64,000 nucleotides of DNA from assembly GCA_009914755.4 (NCBI GenBank), contig CP086569.2:28960001-29024000 (forward strand). The letters run 5' to 3'. Below the pieces are notes generated by a model. That model was given only the letters and a program-made list of their open reading frames with translations. It did no database searches and was not told the origin of the DNA. The position numbers and the translations under genes were made by a program. How positions within the stretch are numbered: the first letter of the stretch is position 1; each line of letters opens with the position of its first letter. The stretch comes from the human T2T-CHM13v2.0 reference genome, Homo sapiens. Of this stretch, positions 27,025 through 41,246 are shown in pieces.

Positions 27025-30000
27025 TTGCATTCTATTCGTGTGATTTCCATTCGAGTCCTTTCCATTCGATTCCATTCCATTCTATTCCATTCCTTTGGAT
27101 TCCATTCCATTCCTTTCCGTTCACATCAATTCCTTGCGATTCCATTACATTCGATTTCTTGCCATTCGATTCCATTCCTTTTGACTCCATTTCATTCGAT
27201 TCCATTCCATTCCATTAATTTCCATTCCATTCGAGACCTTTGCATTGCAGTGTTTTCCCTTCGAGTCCATTCCGTTCGATTCCCTTCCATTCGATTCCAT
27301 TCCATTGGAGTCCGTACCAGTCGAGTCCATTGTATTCCAGTCCATTAGTGTCGACTCCATTGCATTCGAGTGCATTCCATTCCGTGGCTGTCCATTCCAT
27401 TCCGTTTGATGCCATTCCATACGATTCCATTCAATTCGAGACCATTCTATTCCTGTCCATTCCTTGTGGTTCGATTCCATTTCACTCTAGTCCATTCCAT
27501 TCCATTCAATTCCATTCGAATCTATTCCGTTCCATTCAATTCCATTCCTTTCGATTCCATTTTTTTCGGGAACCTTCCATTACACTCCCTTCCATTCCAG
27601 TGCATTCCATTCCAGTCTCTTCAGTTCGATTCCATTCCATTCGTTTCGATTCCTTTCCATTCCAGCCCATTCCATTCCATTCCATTCCTTTCCTTTCCGT
27701 TTCATTAGATTCCATTGCATTCGATTCCATTCAATTCAATTCCGTGCTATTCAATTTGATTCATTTCCATTTAATTCCATTCCATTAGATTCCATTCCGT
27801 TCGATTCCATTCCTTTCGAATCCATTCCATTGGAGTCCATTCACTTCCAGGACATTCCATTCCAGTCGAATCCATTCGAGTACATTCCATTAAAGTTCAT
27901 TACATTCTAATACATTCCATTCCATTGCATTCCATTCCATTCCATTCGATGCCATTCGATTCCATTCCATGCCAAATCATTGCATTCCTTTCCATTCCGT
28001 TCCTATCAATTCCATTCCATTCGATTTAGTTCGATTCTATTCACTTCCATTCCATTCGATTCCATTCCATTGGAGTCAATTCCTTTCGACACCCAGCCTT
28101 TCCATTCAATGATTTTGGAGTCCATTTTTTTACATTCCATTACATTCTATGACATTCGATTCCGTTTCATTGCATTCCATTCCATACATTTTTATTCCAT
28201 TCGAGACCGTAGCATTCCGCTTTATTCCAGGCCTGTCCATTACACTACATTCCCTTCCATTCCAATGAATTCCATTCCATTCCAATCCATTCCTTTCCTT
28301 TCGCTTGCATTCCATTCTATTCTCTTCTACTGCATACAATTTCACTCCATTCGTTCCCATTCCATTCAATTCCATTCCATTCAATTCCATTCCATTTGTT
28401 TCCATTCTCTTCGATTCCATTTGTTTATATTCCATGCCATTCGATTCCATTCTATTGGATTGCATTACATTCGTGTTCATTCCATTCCAGACCATTCCAT
28501 TTGACTCCATTCCTTTCGAGCCCTTTCAATTTGAGTCCATTCCTTTCCAGTCCATTTCACTCCAGTCCATTACTATCCATTCCATACCATTCCATCCCAT
28601 TCCATTCCATTCCATTCCATTCCATTCCATTCCATTCCATTCCATTCCATTCCATTGAACTGCACTCCATTCCATTACATTCTACTCTATCGGAGTCGAT
28701 TTTATTACATTAGATTCTATTCCATTGGATTACTTTCCATTCGATTACATTTCATTCATGTACATTCCATTCCAGTCAATTACATTCGAGTTCATTACAT
28801 TACATTCCAGTATATTCCATTGTATTCGATCCCATTCCTTTCAATTCTTTTCATTCGACTCCATTATATTCGATTCCATTCCACTCGAATCCATTCCATT
28901 AGAGGACATTCCATTCCAATGCATTCCATTCCATTCCATAGCATTCCATTGCATTCGATTCCATTCCATTTGATGCCATTCCATTTGATGCCATTCCATG
29001 ACATTCCATTCCATTCGAGTCCATTCCGTTCCAATTCATTCCATTCCGTTTCATGAAATTCGAGTCCTTTCCAGTACATTTCATTCCAATCCCATCCAAT
29101 CCAATCTACTCCATTCAATTCCTTTCCATTCCATTTGATTATATTCCATTGATTTGATTCCATTCAGTTTGATTCCATTCCGTGAAATTTCCTTCCATTC
29201 TCTTCCATTGCATTAGTTTCCATTCAATTCCATTCCATTTCATTTCAGTCCATTCGCTTCCTTTCCTTTCGATTCAATTCCATTTGATTCCACTCCATTC
29301 TATGCGATTTCATTCCAATCGATTCAATTCCATTCGATGACATTCCTTTCGTTTCCATTCCATTCGAGTCCATTCAATTTGAGCATTCGTGTCCATTCTA
29401 TTCGAGTCCATTCCATTACCGTCTATTCTATTCCCTTCCATTCCTGTTGATTCAATTTCATTCCCTTCCATGCGATTCCTTTCCATGCGATTCCATTCCT
29501 TTCCATTCCATTCCATTCGTTCCCATTCCATGTGATTTCATTCCATTCCAGTCCATTATATTCGAGTCCACTCCACTCCATTCTATTACATTCAATTCCT
29601 TTTGAGTCCGTTCCATAACACTCCATTCATTTCGATTCCATTTCTTGCCAGTTTTCTTCCACTTTATTCCATTCCGTTCGATTCCATTCCATTCGATTGC
29701 ATTCCATTCGAATCCTTTCCATTCCATTTCATTCCATTGCTTTCTATTCCATTCCATTTCATTCGATTTGATTCCATTCTGTTCTATTCCATTCAATTCT
29801 TTTTCAATCCATTCGAATCCTTTCTATTGCAGTCCATTCCATTCGAGTCCATTCCAATCCCTTCCATTCCATTCCATTACAGTCCATTCCAATAGATTCC
29901 ATTCCTTTGCCTTCCATTCGAATCCATTCCATTCTAGTCCATTCCATTTGAGTCAATTCCATTCCATTCCATTCTATTCCTTTCCAATCCATTCGATTCC

Positions 30001-30572
30001 ATTCGATTCAATTCCATTTGACTCTCTTTCATTCTATTTTATTCCATGCCATTTGATTGCATTGCATTCCATTCCGTTTGATTCCAGTCCATTCAAGAAA
30101 GTTCCATTCCAGTCCATTGCTTTCCAGTCCATTCCATTCCACTCTAGTCTATTCCACTCCATTCCTTTCCATTCCATTCCATACTATTCCATTCCATTCC
30201 TTTGCATTCCGTTTCCAATCTATTCGAGTCCATTGCATTCCAGTCCAATCCATTCGATTACATTCCTTTTGATTCCCTGCCAGTCGATTGCATTGCATAC
30301 TACACCATTCCAAAGGAGTCCATTCCATTCTATCTCAACACTTTCCATTCCACTCTGTTCGAGTCCATTCCATTCCAGTCCATTTAATTCAAGGGCATTC
30401 CATTCCATTCCATTCCATTTCATATTATTCCATTCCATTCAATTCCATTCCAGATGATTCCATTCCATTCTATACCATTGCTCTCTGTTCCATTCCATTC
30501 CATCTGTCTCCATTCCTTTCGTTTCGATTCCTTTCCATTCCATTCCATTACATTTGATCCTATTTTATTAAA
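27025..30572 (+). repeat. HOR unit 9 (3548 bp)
   Basis: Anchor spacing. Confidence 0.85.
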
Positions 30573-33500
30573 TTGCATTCTATTCGAGTGATTTCCATTC
30601 GAGTCCTTTCCATTCGATTCCATTCCATTCTATTCCATTCCTTTGGATTCCATTCCATTCCGTTCCGTTCACATCAATTCCTTGCGATTCCATTACATTC
30701 GATTTCTTGCCATTCGATTCCATTCCTTTTGACTCCATTTCATTCGATTCCATTCCATTCCATTAATTTCCATTCCATTCGAGACCTTTCCATTGCAGTC
30801 TTTTCCCTTCGAGTCCATTCCGTTCGATTCCCTTCCATTCGATTCCATTCCATTGGAGTCCGTACCAGTCGAGTCCATTCTATTCCAGTCCATTAGTTTC
30901 GACTCCATTGCATTCGAGTGCATTCCATTCCGTGGCTGTCCATTCCATTCCGTTTGATGCCATTCCATACGATTCCATTCAATTCGAGACCATTCTATTC
31001 CTGTCCATTCCTTGTGGTTCGATTCCATTTCACTCTAGTCCATTCCATTCCATTCAATTCCATTCGACTCTATTCCGTTCCATTGAATTCCATTCCATTC
31101 GATTCCATTTTTGTCGAGAACCTTCCATTACACTCCCTTCCATTCCAGTGCATTCCATTCCAGTCTCTTCAGTTCGATTCCATTCCATTCGTTTCGATTC
31201 CTTTCCATTCCAGCCCATTCCATTCCATTCCATTCCTTTCCTTTCCGTTTCATTAGATTCCATTGCATTCGATTCCATTCAATTCAGTTCCGTGCTATTC
31301 AATTTGATTCATTTCCATTTAATTCCATTCCATTAGATTCCATTCCGTACGATTCCATTCCTTTTGAATCCATTCCATTGGAGTCCATTCACTTCCAGAA
31401 CATTCCATTCCAGTCGAATCCATTCGAGGACATTCCATTAAAGTTCATTACATTCTAATACATTCCATTCCATTGCATTCCATTCCATTCCATTCGATGC
31501 CATTCGATTCCATTCCATGCCAAATCATTGCATTCCTTTCCATTCCGTTCCTATCAATTCCATTCCATTCGATTTAGTTCGATTCTATTCACTTCCATTC
31601 CATTCGATTCCATTCCATTGGAGTCAATTCCTTTTGACACCCAGCCTTTCCAGTCAATGATTTTGGAGTCCATTTTTTTGCATTCCATTACATTCTATGA
31701 CATTCGATTCCGTTTCATTGCATTCCACTCCATACATTTTTATTCCATTCGAGACCGTAGCATTCTGCTTTATTCCAGGCCTGTCCATTACACTACATTC
31801 CCTTCCATTCCAATGAATTCCATTCCATTCCAATCCATTCCTTTCCTTTCGCTTGCATTCCATTCTATTCTCTTCTACTGCATACAATTTCACTCCATTC
31901 GTTCCCATTCCATTCAATTCCATTCCATTCAATTCCATTCCATTTGTTTCCATTCTCTTCGATTCCATTTCTTTATATTCCATGCCATTCGATTCCATTC
32001 TATTGGATTGCATTACATTCGTGTTCATTCCATTCCAGACCATTCCATTTGACTCCATTCCTTTCGAGCCCTTTCAATTTGAGTCCATTCTTTCCAGTCC
32101 ATTTCACTCCAGTCCATTACTATCCATTCCATACCATTCCATCCCTTTCCATTCCATTCCATTCCATTCCATTCCATTCCATTCCATTCCATTGCATTCC
32201 ATTCCATTCCATTCCATTGCACTGCACTCCATTCCATTACATTCTACTCTATCTGAGTCGATTTTATTGCATTAGATTCTATTCCATTGGATTACTTTCC
32301 ATTCGATTACATTTCATTCATGTACATTCCATTCCAGTCAATTACATTCGAGTTCATTACATTTCATTCCAGTATATTCCATTGTATTCGATCCCATTCC
32401 TTTCAATTCCATTTCATTCGACTCCATTATATTCGATTCCATTCCACTCAAATCCATTCCATTAGAGGACATTCCATTCCAATGCATTCCATTCCATTCC
32501 ATAGCATTCCATTGCATTCGATTCCATTCCATTTGATGCCATTCCATTTGATGCCATTCCATGACATTCCATTCCATTCGAGACCATTCCGTTCCAATTC
32601 ATTCCATTCCGTTTCATGAAATTCGAGTCCTTTCCAGTACATTTCATTCCAATCCATTCCAATCCCATCTACTCCATTCAATTCCTTTCCATTCCATTTG
32701 ATTAGATTCCATTGATTTGATTCCATTCAGTTTGATTCCATTCCGTGAAATTTCCTTCCATTCTCTTCCATTGCATTACTTTCCATTCAATTCCATTCCA
32801 TTTCATTTCAGTCCATTCGCTTCCTTTCTTTTCGATTCAATTCCATTTGATTCCACTCCATTCTATGCGATTTCATTCCAATCGATTCAATTCCATTCGA
32901 TGACATTCCTTTCGTTTCCATTCCATTCGAGTCCATTCAATTTGAGCATTCGTGTCCATTCTATTCGAGTCCATTCCATTACCGTCTATTCTATTCCCTT
33001 CCATTCCTGTTGATTCAATTTCATTCCCTTCCATTCGATTCCTTTCCATTCGATTCCATTCCTTTCCATTCCATTCCATTCGTTCCCATTCCATGTGATT
33101 TCATTCCATTCCAGTCCATTATATTCGAGTCCACTCCACTCCATTCTATTACATTCAATTCCTTTTGAGTCCGTTCCATAACACTCCATTCATTTTGATT
33201 CCATTTCTTGCCAGTTTTCTTCCATTTTATTCCATTCCGTTTGATTCCATTCCATTCGATTGCATTCCATTCGAATCCTTTCCATTCAATTTCATTCCAT
33301 TCCTTTCTATTCCATTCCATTTCATTCGATTTGATTCCATTCTGTTCTATTCCATTCAATTCTTTTTCATTCCATTCGAATCCTTTCTATTGCAGTCCAT
33401 TCCATTCGAGTCCATTCCAATCCCTTCCATTCCATTCCATTACAGTCCATTCCAATAGATTCCATTCCTTTGCCTTCCATTCAAATCCATTCCATTCTAG

Positions 33501-34135
33501 TCCATTCCATTTGAATCAATTCCATTCCATTCAATTCTATTCCTTTCCAATCCATTCGATTCCATTCGATTCAATTCCGTTTGATTCTCTTTCATTCTAT
33601 TTTATTCCATGCCATTTGATTGCATTGCATTCCATTCCGTTTGATTCCAGTCCATTCAAGAAAGTTCCATTCAAGTCCATTCCTTTCCAGTCCATTCCAT
33701 TCCACTCTAGTCTATTCCATTCCATTCCTTTCCATTCCATTGCATACTATTCCATTCCATTCCTTTGCATTCCGTTTCCAATCTATTCGAGTCCATTGCA
33801 TTCCAGTCCAATCCATTCGATTACATTCCTTTTGATTCCCTGCCAGTCGATTGCATTGCATACTACACCATTCCAAAGGAGTCCATTCCATTCTACCTCA
33901 ACACTTTCCATTCCACTCTGTTCGAGTCCATTCCATTCCAGTCCATTTAATTCAAGGGCATTCCATTCCATTCCATTCCATTTCATATTATTCCATTCCA
34001 TTCAATTCCATTCCAGATGATTCCATTCCATTCTATACCATTGCTCTCTGTTCCATTCCATTCCATCTGTCTCCATTCCTTTCGTTTCGATTCCTTTCCA
34101 TTCCATTCCATTACATTTGATCCTATTTTATTAAA
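30573..34135 (+). repeat. HOR unit 10 (3563 bp), type A of the 7.1-kb super-repeat
   Basis: Anchor spacing. Shares rare head variants with units 12 and 14. Confidence 0.85.
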
Positions 34136-37100
34136 TTGCATTCTATTCGAGTGATTTCCATTCGAGTCCTTTCCATTCGATTCCATTCCATTCTATTCCA
34201 TTCCTTTGGATTCCATTCCATTCCGTTCCGTTCACATCAATTCCTTGCGATTCCATTACATTCGATTTCTTGCCATTCGATTCCATTCCTTTTGACTCCA
34301 TTTCATTCGATTCCATTCCATTCCATTAATTTCCATTCCATTCGAGACCTTTCCATTGCAGTCTTTTCCCTTCGAGTCCATTCCGTTCGATTCCCTTCCA
34401 TTCGATTCCATTCCATTGGAGTCCGTACCAGTCGAGTCCATACTATTCCAGTCCATTAGTTTCGACTCCATTGCATTCGAGTGCATTCCATTCCGTGGCT
34501 GTCCATTCCATTCCGTTTGATGCCATTCCATACGATTCCATTCAATTCGAGACCATTCTATTCCTGTCCATTCCTTGTGGTTCGATTCCATTTCACTCTA
34601 GTCCATTCCATTCCATTCAATTCCATTCGACTCTATTCCATTCCATTCAATTCCATTCCATTCGATTCCATTTTTGTCGAGAACCTTCCATTACACTCCC
34701 TTCCATTCCAGTGCATTCCATTCCAGTCTCTTCAGTTCGATTCCATTCCATTCGTTTCGATTCCTTTCCATTCCAGCCCATTCCATTCCATTCCTTTCCT
34801 TTCCGTTTCATTAGATTCCATTGCATTCGATTCCATTCAATTCAATTCCGTGCTATTCAATTTGATTCATTTCCATTTAATTCCATTCCATTAGATTCCA
34901 TTCCGTACGATTCCATTCCTTTTGAATCCATTCCATTGGAGTCCATTCACTTCCGGAACATTCCATTCCAGTCGAATCCATTCGAGGACATTCCATTAAA
35001 GTTCATTACATTCTAATACATTCCATTCCATTGCATTCCATTCCATTCCATTCGATGCCATTCGATTCCATTCCATGCCAAATCATTGCATTCCTTTCCA
35101 TTCCGTTCCTATCAATTCCATTCCATTAGATTTCGTTCGATTCTATTCCCTTCCATTCCATTCGATTCCATTCCATTGGATTCAATTCCTTTTGACACCC
35201 ATCCTTTCCAGTCAATGATTTTGGAGTCCATTTTTTTGCATTCCATTACATTCTATGACATTCGATTCCGTTTCATTGCATTCCATTCCATACATTTTTA
35301 TTCCATTCGAGACCGTAGCATTCTGCTTTATTCCAGGCCTGTCCATTACACTACATTCCCTTCGATTCCAATGAATTCCATTGCATTCCAATCCATTCCT
35401 TTCCTTTCGCTTGCATTCCATTCTATTCTCTTCTACTGCATACAATTTCACTCCATTCGTTCCCATTCCATTCAATTCCATTCCATTCAATTCCATTCCA
35501 TTTGTTTCCATTCTCTTCGATTCCATTTCTTTATATTCCATGCCATTCGATTCCATTCTACTGGATTGCATTACATTCGTGTTCATTCCATTCCAGACCA
35601 TTCCATTTGACTCCATTCGTTTCGAGCCCTTTCAATTTGAGTCCATTCTTTCCAGTCCATTTCACTCCAGTCCATTACTATCCATTCCATACCATTCCAT
35701 CCCATTCCATTCCATTCCATTCCATTCCATTCCATTGCATTCCATTCCATTCCATTCCATTACACTGCACTCCATTCCATTACATTCTACTCTATCTGAG
35801 TCGATTTTATTGCGTTAGATTCTATTCCATTGGATTACTTTCCATTCGATTACAATTCATTCATGTACATTCCATTCCAGTCAATTACATTCGAGTTCAT
35901 TACATTACATTCCAGTATATTCCATTGTATTCGATCCCATTCCTTTCAATTCCATTTCATTCGACTCCATTATATTCGATTCCATTCCACTCGAATCCAT
36001 TCCATTAGAGGACATTCCATTCCAATGCATTCCATTCCATTCCATAGCATTCCATTGCATTCGATTCCATTCCATTTGATGCCATTCCATTTGATGCCAT
36101 TCCATGACATTCCATTCCATTCGAGTCCATTCCGTTCCAATTCATTCCATTCCGTTTCATGAAATTCGCGTCCTTTCCAGTACATTTCATTCCAATCCCA
36201 TCCAATCCCATCTACTCCATTCAATTCCTTTCCATTCCATTTGATTATATTCCATTGATTTGATTCCATTCAGTTTGATTCCATTCCGTGAAATTTCCTT
36301 CCATTCTCTTCCATTGCATTACTTTCCATTCAATTCCATTCCATTTCATTTCAGTCCATTCGCTTCCTTTCCTTTCGATTCAATTCCATTTGATTCCACT
36401 CCATTCTATGCGATTCCATTCCAATCGATTCAATTCCATTCGATGACATTCCTTTCGTTTCCATTCCATTCGAGTCCATTCAATTTGAGCATTCGTGTCC
36501 ATTCTATTCGAGTCCATTCCATTACCGTCTATTCTATTCCCTTCCATTCCTGTTGATTCAATTTCATTCCCTTCCATTTGATTCCTTTCCATTCGATTCC
36601 ATTCCTTTCCATTCCATTCCATTCGTTCCCATTCTATGTGATTTCATTCCATTCCAGTCCATTATATTCGAGTCCACTCCACTCCATTCTATTACATTCA
36701 ATTCCTTTTGAGTCCGTTCCATAACACTCCATTCATTTCGATTCCATTTCTTGCAAGTTTTCTTCCATTTTATTCCATTCCGTTCGATTCCATTCCATTC
36801 GATTGCATTCCATTCGAATCCTTTCCATTCCATTTCATTCCATTCCTTTCTATTCCATTCCATTTCATTCGATTTGATTCCATTCTGTTCTATTCCATTC
36901 AATTCTTTTTCAATCCATTCGAATCCTTTCTGTTGCAGTCCATTCCATTCGAGTCCATTCAAATCCCTTCCATTCCATTCCATTACAGTCCATTCCAATA
37001 GATTCCATTCCTTTGCCTTCCATTCGAATCCATTCCATTCTAGTCCATTCCATTTGAGTCAATTCCATTCCATTCCATTCTATTCCTTTCCAATCCATTC

Positions 37101-37678
37101 GATTCCATTCGATTCAATTCCGTTTTATTCTCTTTCATTCTATTTTATTCCATGCCATTTGATTGCATTGCATTCCATTCCGTTTGATTCCAGTCCATTC
37201 AAGAAAGTTCCATTCCAGTCCATTGCTTTCCAGTCCATTCCATTCCACTCTAGTCTATTCCACTCCATTCCTTTCCATTCCATTCCATACTATTCCATTC
37301 CATTCCTTGGCATTCCGTTTCCAATCTATTCGAGTCCATTGCATTCCAGTCCAATCCATTCGATTACATTCCTTTTGATTCCCTGCCAGTCGATTGAATT
37401 GCATACTACACCATTCCAAAGGAGTCCATTCCATTCAATCTCAACACTTTCCATTCCACTCTGTTCGAGTCCATTCCATTCCAGTCCATTTAATTCAAGG
37501 GCATTCCATTCCATTCCATTCCATTTCATATTATTCCATTCCATTCAATTCCATTCCAGATGATTCCATTCCATTCTATACCATTGCTCTCTGTTCCATT
37601 CCATTCCATCTGTCTCCATTCCTTTCGTTTCGATTCCTTTCCATTCCATTCCATTACATTTGATCCTATTTTATTAAA
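34136..37678 (+). repeat. HOR unit 11 (3543 bp), type B
   Basis: Anchor spacing. Shares rare variants with unit 13. Confidence 0.85.
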
Positions 37679-40600
37679 TTGCATTCTATTCGAGTGATTT
37701 CCATTCGAGTCCTTTCCATTCGATTCCATTCCATTCTATTCCATTCCTTTGGATTCCATTCCATTCCGTTCCGTTCACATCAATTCCTTGCGATTCCATT
37801 ACATTCGATTTCTTGCCATTCGATTCCATTCCTTTTGACTCCATTTCATTCGATTCCATTCCATTCCATTAATTTCCATTCCATTCGAGACCTTTCCATT
37901 GCAGTCTTTTCCCTTCGAGTCCATTCCGTTCGATTCCCTTCCATTCGATTCCATTCCATTGGAGTCCGTACCAGTCGAGTCCATTCTATTCCAGTCCATT
38001 AGTTTCGACTCCATTGCATTCGAGTGCATTCCATTCCGTGGCTGTCCATTCCATTCCGTTTGATGCCATTCCATACGATTCCATTCAATTCGAGACCATT
38101 CTATTCCTGTCCATTCCTTGTGGTTCGATTCCATTTCACTCTAGTCCATTCCATTCCATTCAATTCCATTCGACTCTATTCCGTTCCATTGAATTCCATT
38201 CCATTCGATTCCATTTTTGTCGAGAACCTTCCATTACACTCCCTTCCATTCCAGTGCATTCCATTCCAGTCTCTTCAGTTCGATTCCATTCCATTCGTTT
38301 CGATTCCTTTCCATTCCAGCCCATTCCATTCCATTCCTTTCCTTTCCGTTTCATTAGATTCCATTGCATTCGATTCCATTCAATTCAGTTCCGTGCTATT
38401 CAATTTGATTCATTTCCATTTAATTCCATTCCATTAGATTCCATTCCGTACGATTCCATTCCTTTTGAATCCATTCCATTGGAGTCCATTCACTTCCAGA
38501 ACATTCCATTCCAGTCGAATCCATTCGAGGACATTCCATTAAAGTTCATTACATTCTAATACATTCCATTCCATTGCATTCCATTCCATTCCATTCGATG
38601 CCATTCGATTCCATTCCATGCCAAATCATTGCATTCCTTTCCATTCCGTTCCTATCAATTCCATTCCATTCGATTTAGTTCGATTCTATTCACTTCCATT
38701 CCATTCGATTCCATTCCATTGGAGTCAATTCCTTTTGACACCCAGCCTTTCCAGTCAATGATTTTGGAGTCCATTTTTTTGCATTCCATTACATTCTATG
38801 ACATTCGATTCCGTTTCATTGCATTCCATTCCATACATTTTTATTCCATTCGAGACCGTAGCATTCTGCTTTATTCCAGGCCTGTCCATTACACTACATT
38901 CCCTTCCATTCCAATGAATTCCATTCCATTCCAATCCATTCCTTTCCTTTCGCTTGCATTCCATTCTATTCTCTTCTACTGCATACAATTTCACTCCATT
39001 CGTTCCCATTCCATTCAACTCCATTCCATTCAATTCCATTCCATTTGTTTCCATTCTCTTCGATTCCATTTCTTTATATTCCATGCCATTCGATTCCATT
39101 CTATTGGATTGCATTACATTCGTGTTCATTCCATTCCAGACCATTCCATTTGACTCCATTCCTTTCGAGCCCTTTCAATTTGAGTCCATTCTTTCCAGTC
39201 CATTTCACTCCAGTCCATTACTATCCATTCCATACCATTCCATCCCTTTCCATTCCATTCCATTCCATTCCATTCCATTCCATTCCATTCCATTCCATTC
39301 CATTGCATTCCATTCCATTCCATTCCATTGCACTGCACTCCATTCCATTACATTCTACTCTATCTGAGTCGATTTTATTGCATTAGATTCTATTCCATTG
39401 GATTACTTTCCATTCGATTACATTTCATTCATGTACATTCCATTCCAGTCAATTACATTCGAGTTCATTACATTGCATTCCAGTATATTCCATTGTATTC
39501 GATCCCATTCCTTTCAATTCCATTTCATTCGACTCCATTATATTCGATTCCATTCCACTCAAATCCATTCCATTAGAGGACATTCCATTCCAATGCATTC
39601 CATTCCATTCCATAGCATTCCATTGCATTCGATTCCATTCCATTTGATGCCATTCCATTTGATGCCATTCTATGACATTCCATTCCATTCGAGTCCATTC
39701 CGTTCCAATTCATTCCATTCCGTTTCATGAAATTCGAGTCCTTTCCAGTACATTTCATTCCAATCCATTCCAATCCCATCTACTCCATTCAATTCCTTTC
39801 CATTCCATTTGATTAGATTCCATTGATTTGATTCCATTCAGTTTGATTCCATTCCGTGAAATTTCCTTCCATTCTCTTCCATTGCATTACTTTCCATTCA
39901 ATTCCATTCCATTTCATTTCAGTCCATTCGCTTCCTTTCTTTTCGATTCAATTCCATTTGATTCCACTCCATTCTATGCGATTTCATTCCAATCGATTCA
40001 ATTCCATTCGATGACATTCCTTTCGTTTCCATTCCATTCGAGTCCATTCAATTTGAGCATTCGTGTCCATTCTATTCGAGTCCATTCCATTACCGTCTAT
40101 TCTATTCCCTTCCATTCCTGTTGATTCAATTTCATTCCCTTCCATTCGATTCCTTTCCATTCGATTCCATTCCTTTCCATTCCATTCCATTCGTTCCCAT
40201 TCCATGTGATTTCATTCCATTCCAGTCCATTATATTCGAGTCCACTCCACTCCATTCTATTACATTCAATTCCTTTTGAGTCCGTTCCATAACACTCCAT
40301 TCATTTTGATTCCATTTCTTGCCAGTTTTCTTCCATTTTATTCCATTCCGTTTGATTCCATTCCATTCGATTGCATTCCATTCGAATCCTTTCCATTCAA
40401 TTTCATTCCATTCCTTTCTATTCCATTCCATTTCATTCGATTTGATTCCATTCTGTTCTATTCCATTCAATTCTTTTTCATTCCATTCGAATCCTTTCTA
40501 TTGCAGTCCATTCCATTCGAGTCCATTCCAATCCCTTCCATTCCATTCCATTACAGTCCATTCCAATAGATTCCATTCCTTTGCCTTCCATTCAAATCCA

Positions 40601-41246
40601 TTCCATTCTAGTCCATTCCATTTGAATCAATTCCATTCCATTCAATTCTATTCCTTTCCAATCCATTCGATTCCATTCGATTCAATTCCGTTTGATTCTC
40701 TTTCATTCTATTTTATTCCATGCCATTTGATTGCATTGCATTCCATTCCGTTTGATTCCAGTCCATTCAAGAAAGTTCCATTCAAGTCCATTCCTTTCCA
40801 GTCCATTCCATTCCACTCTAGTCTATTCCACTCCATTCCTTTCCATTCCATTGCATACTATTCCATTCCATTCCTTTGCATTCCGTTTCCAATCTATTCG
40901 AGTCCATTGCATTCCAGTCCAATCCATTCGATTACATTCCTTTTGATTACCTGCCAGTCGATTGCATTGCATACTACACCATTCCAAAGGAGTCCATTCC
41001 ATTCTACCTCAACACTTTCCATTCCACTCTGTTCGAGTCCATTCCATTCCAGTCCATTTAATTCAAGGGCATTCCATTCCATTCCATTCCATTTCATATT
41101 ATTCCATTCCATTCAATTCCATTCCAGATGATTCCATTCCATTCTATACCATTGCTCTCTGTTCCATTCCATTCCATCTGTCTCCATTCCTTTCGTTTCG
41201 ATTCCTTTCCATTCCATTCCATTACATTTGATCCTATTTTATTAAA
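37679..41246 (+). repeat. HOR unit 12 (3568 bp), type A
   Basis: Anchor spacing. Near-identical to unit 10 at a 7101-7111 bp offset. Confidence 0.85.
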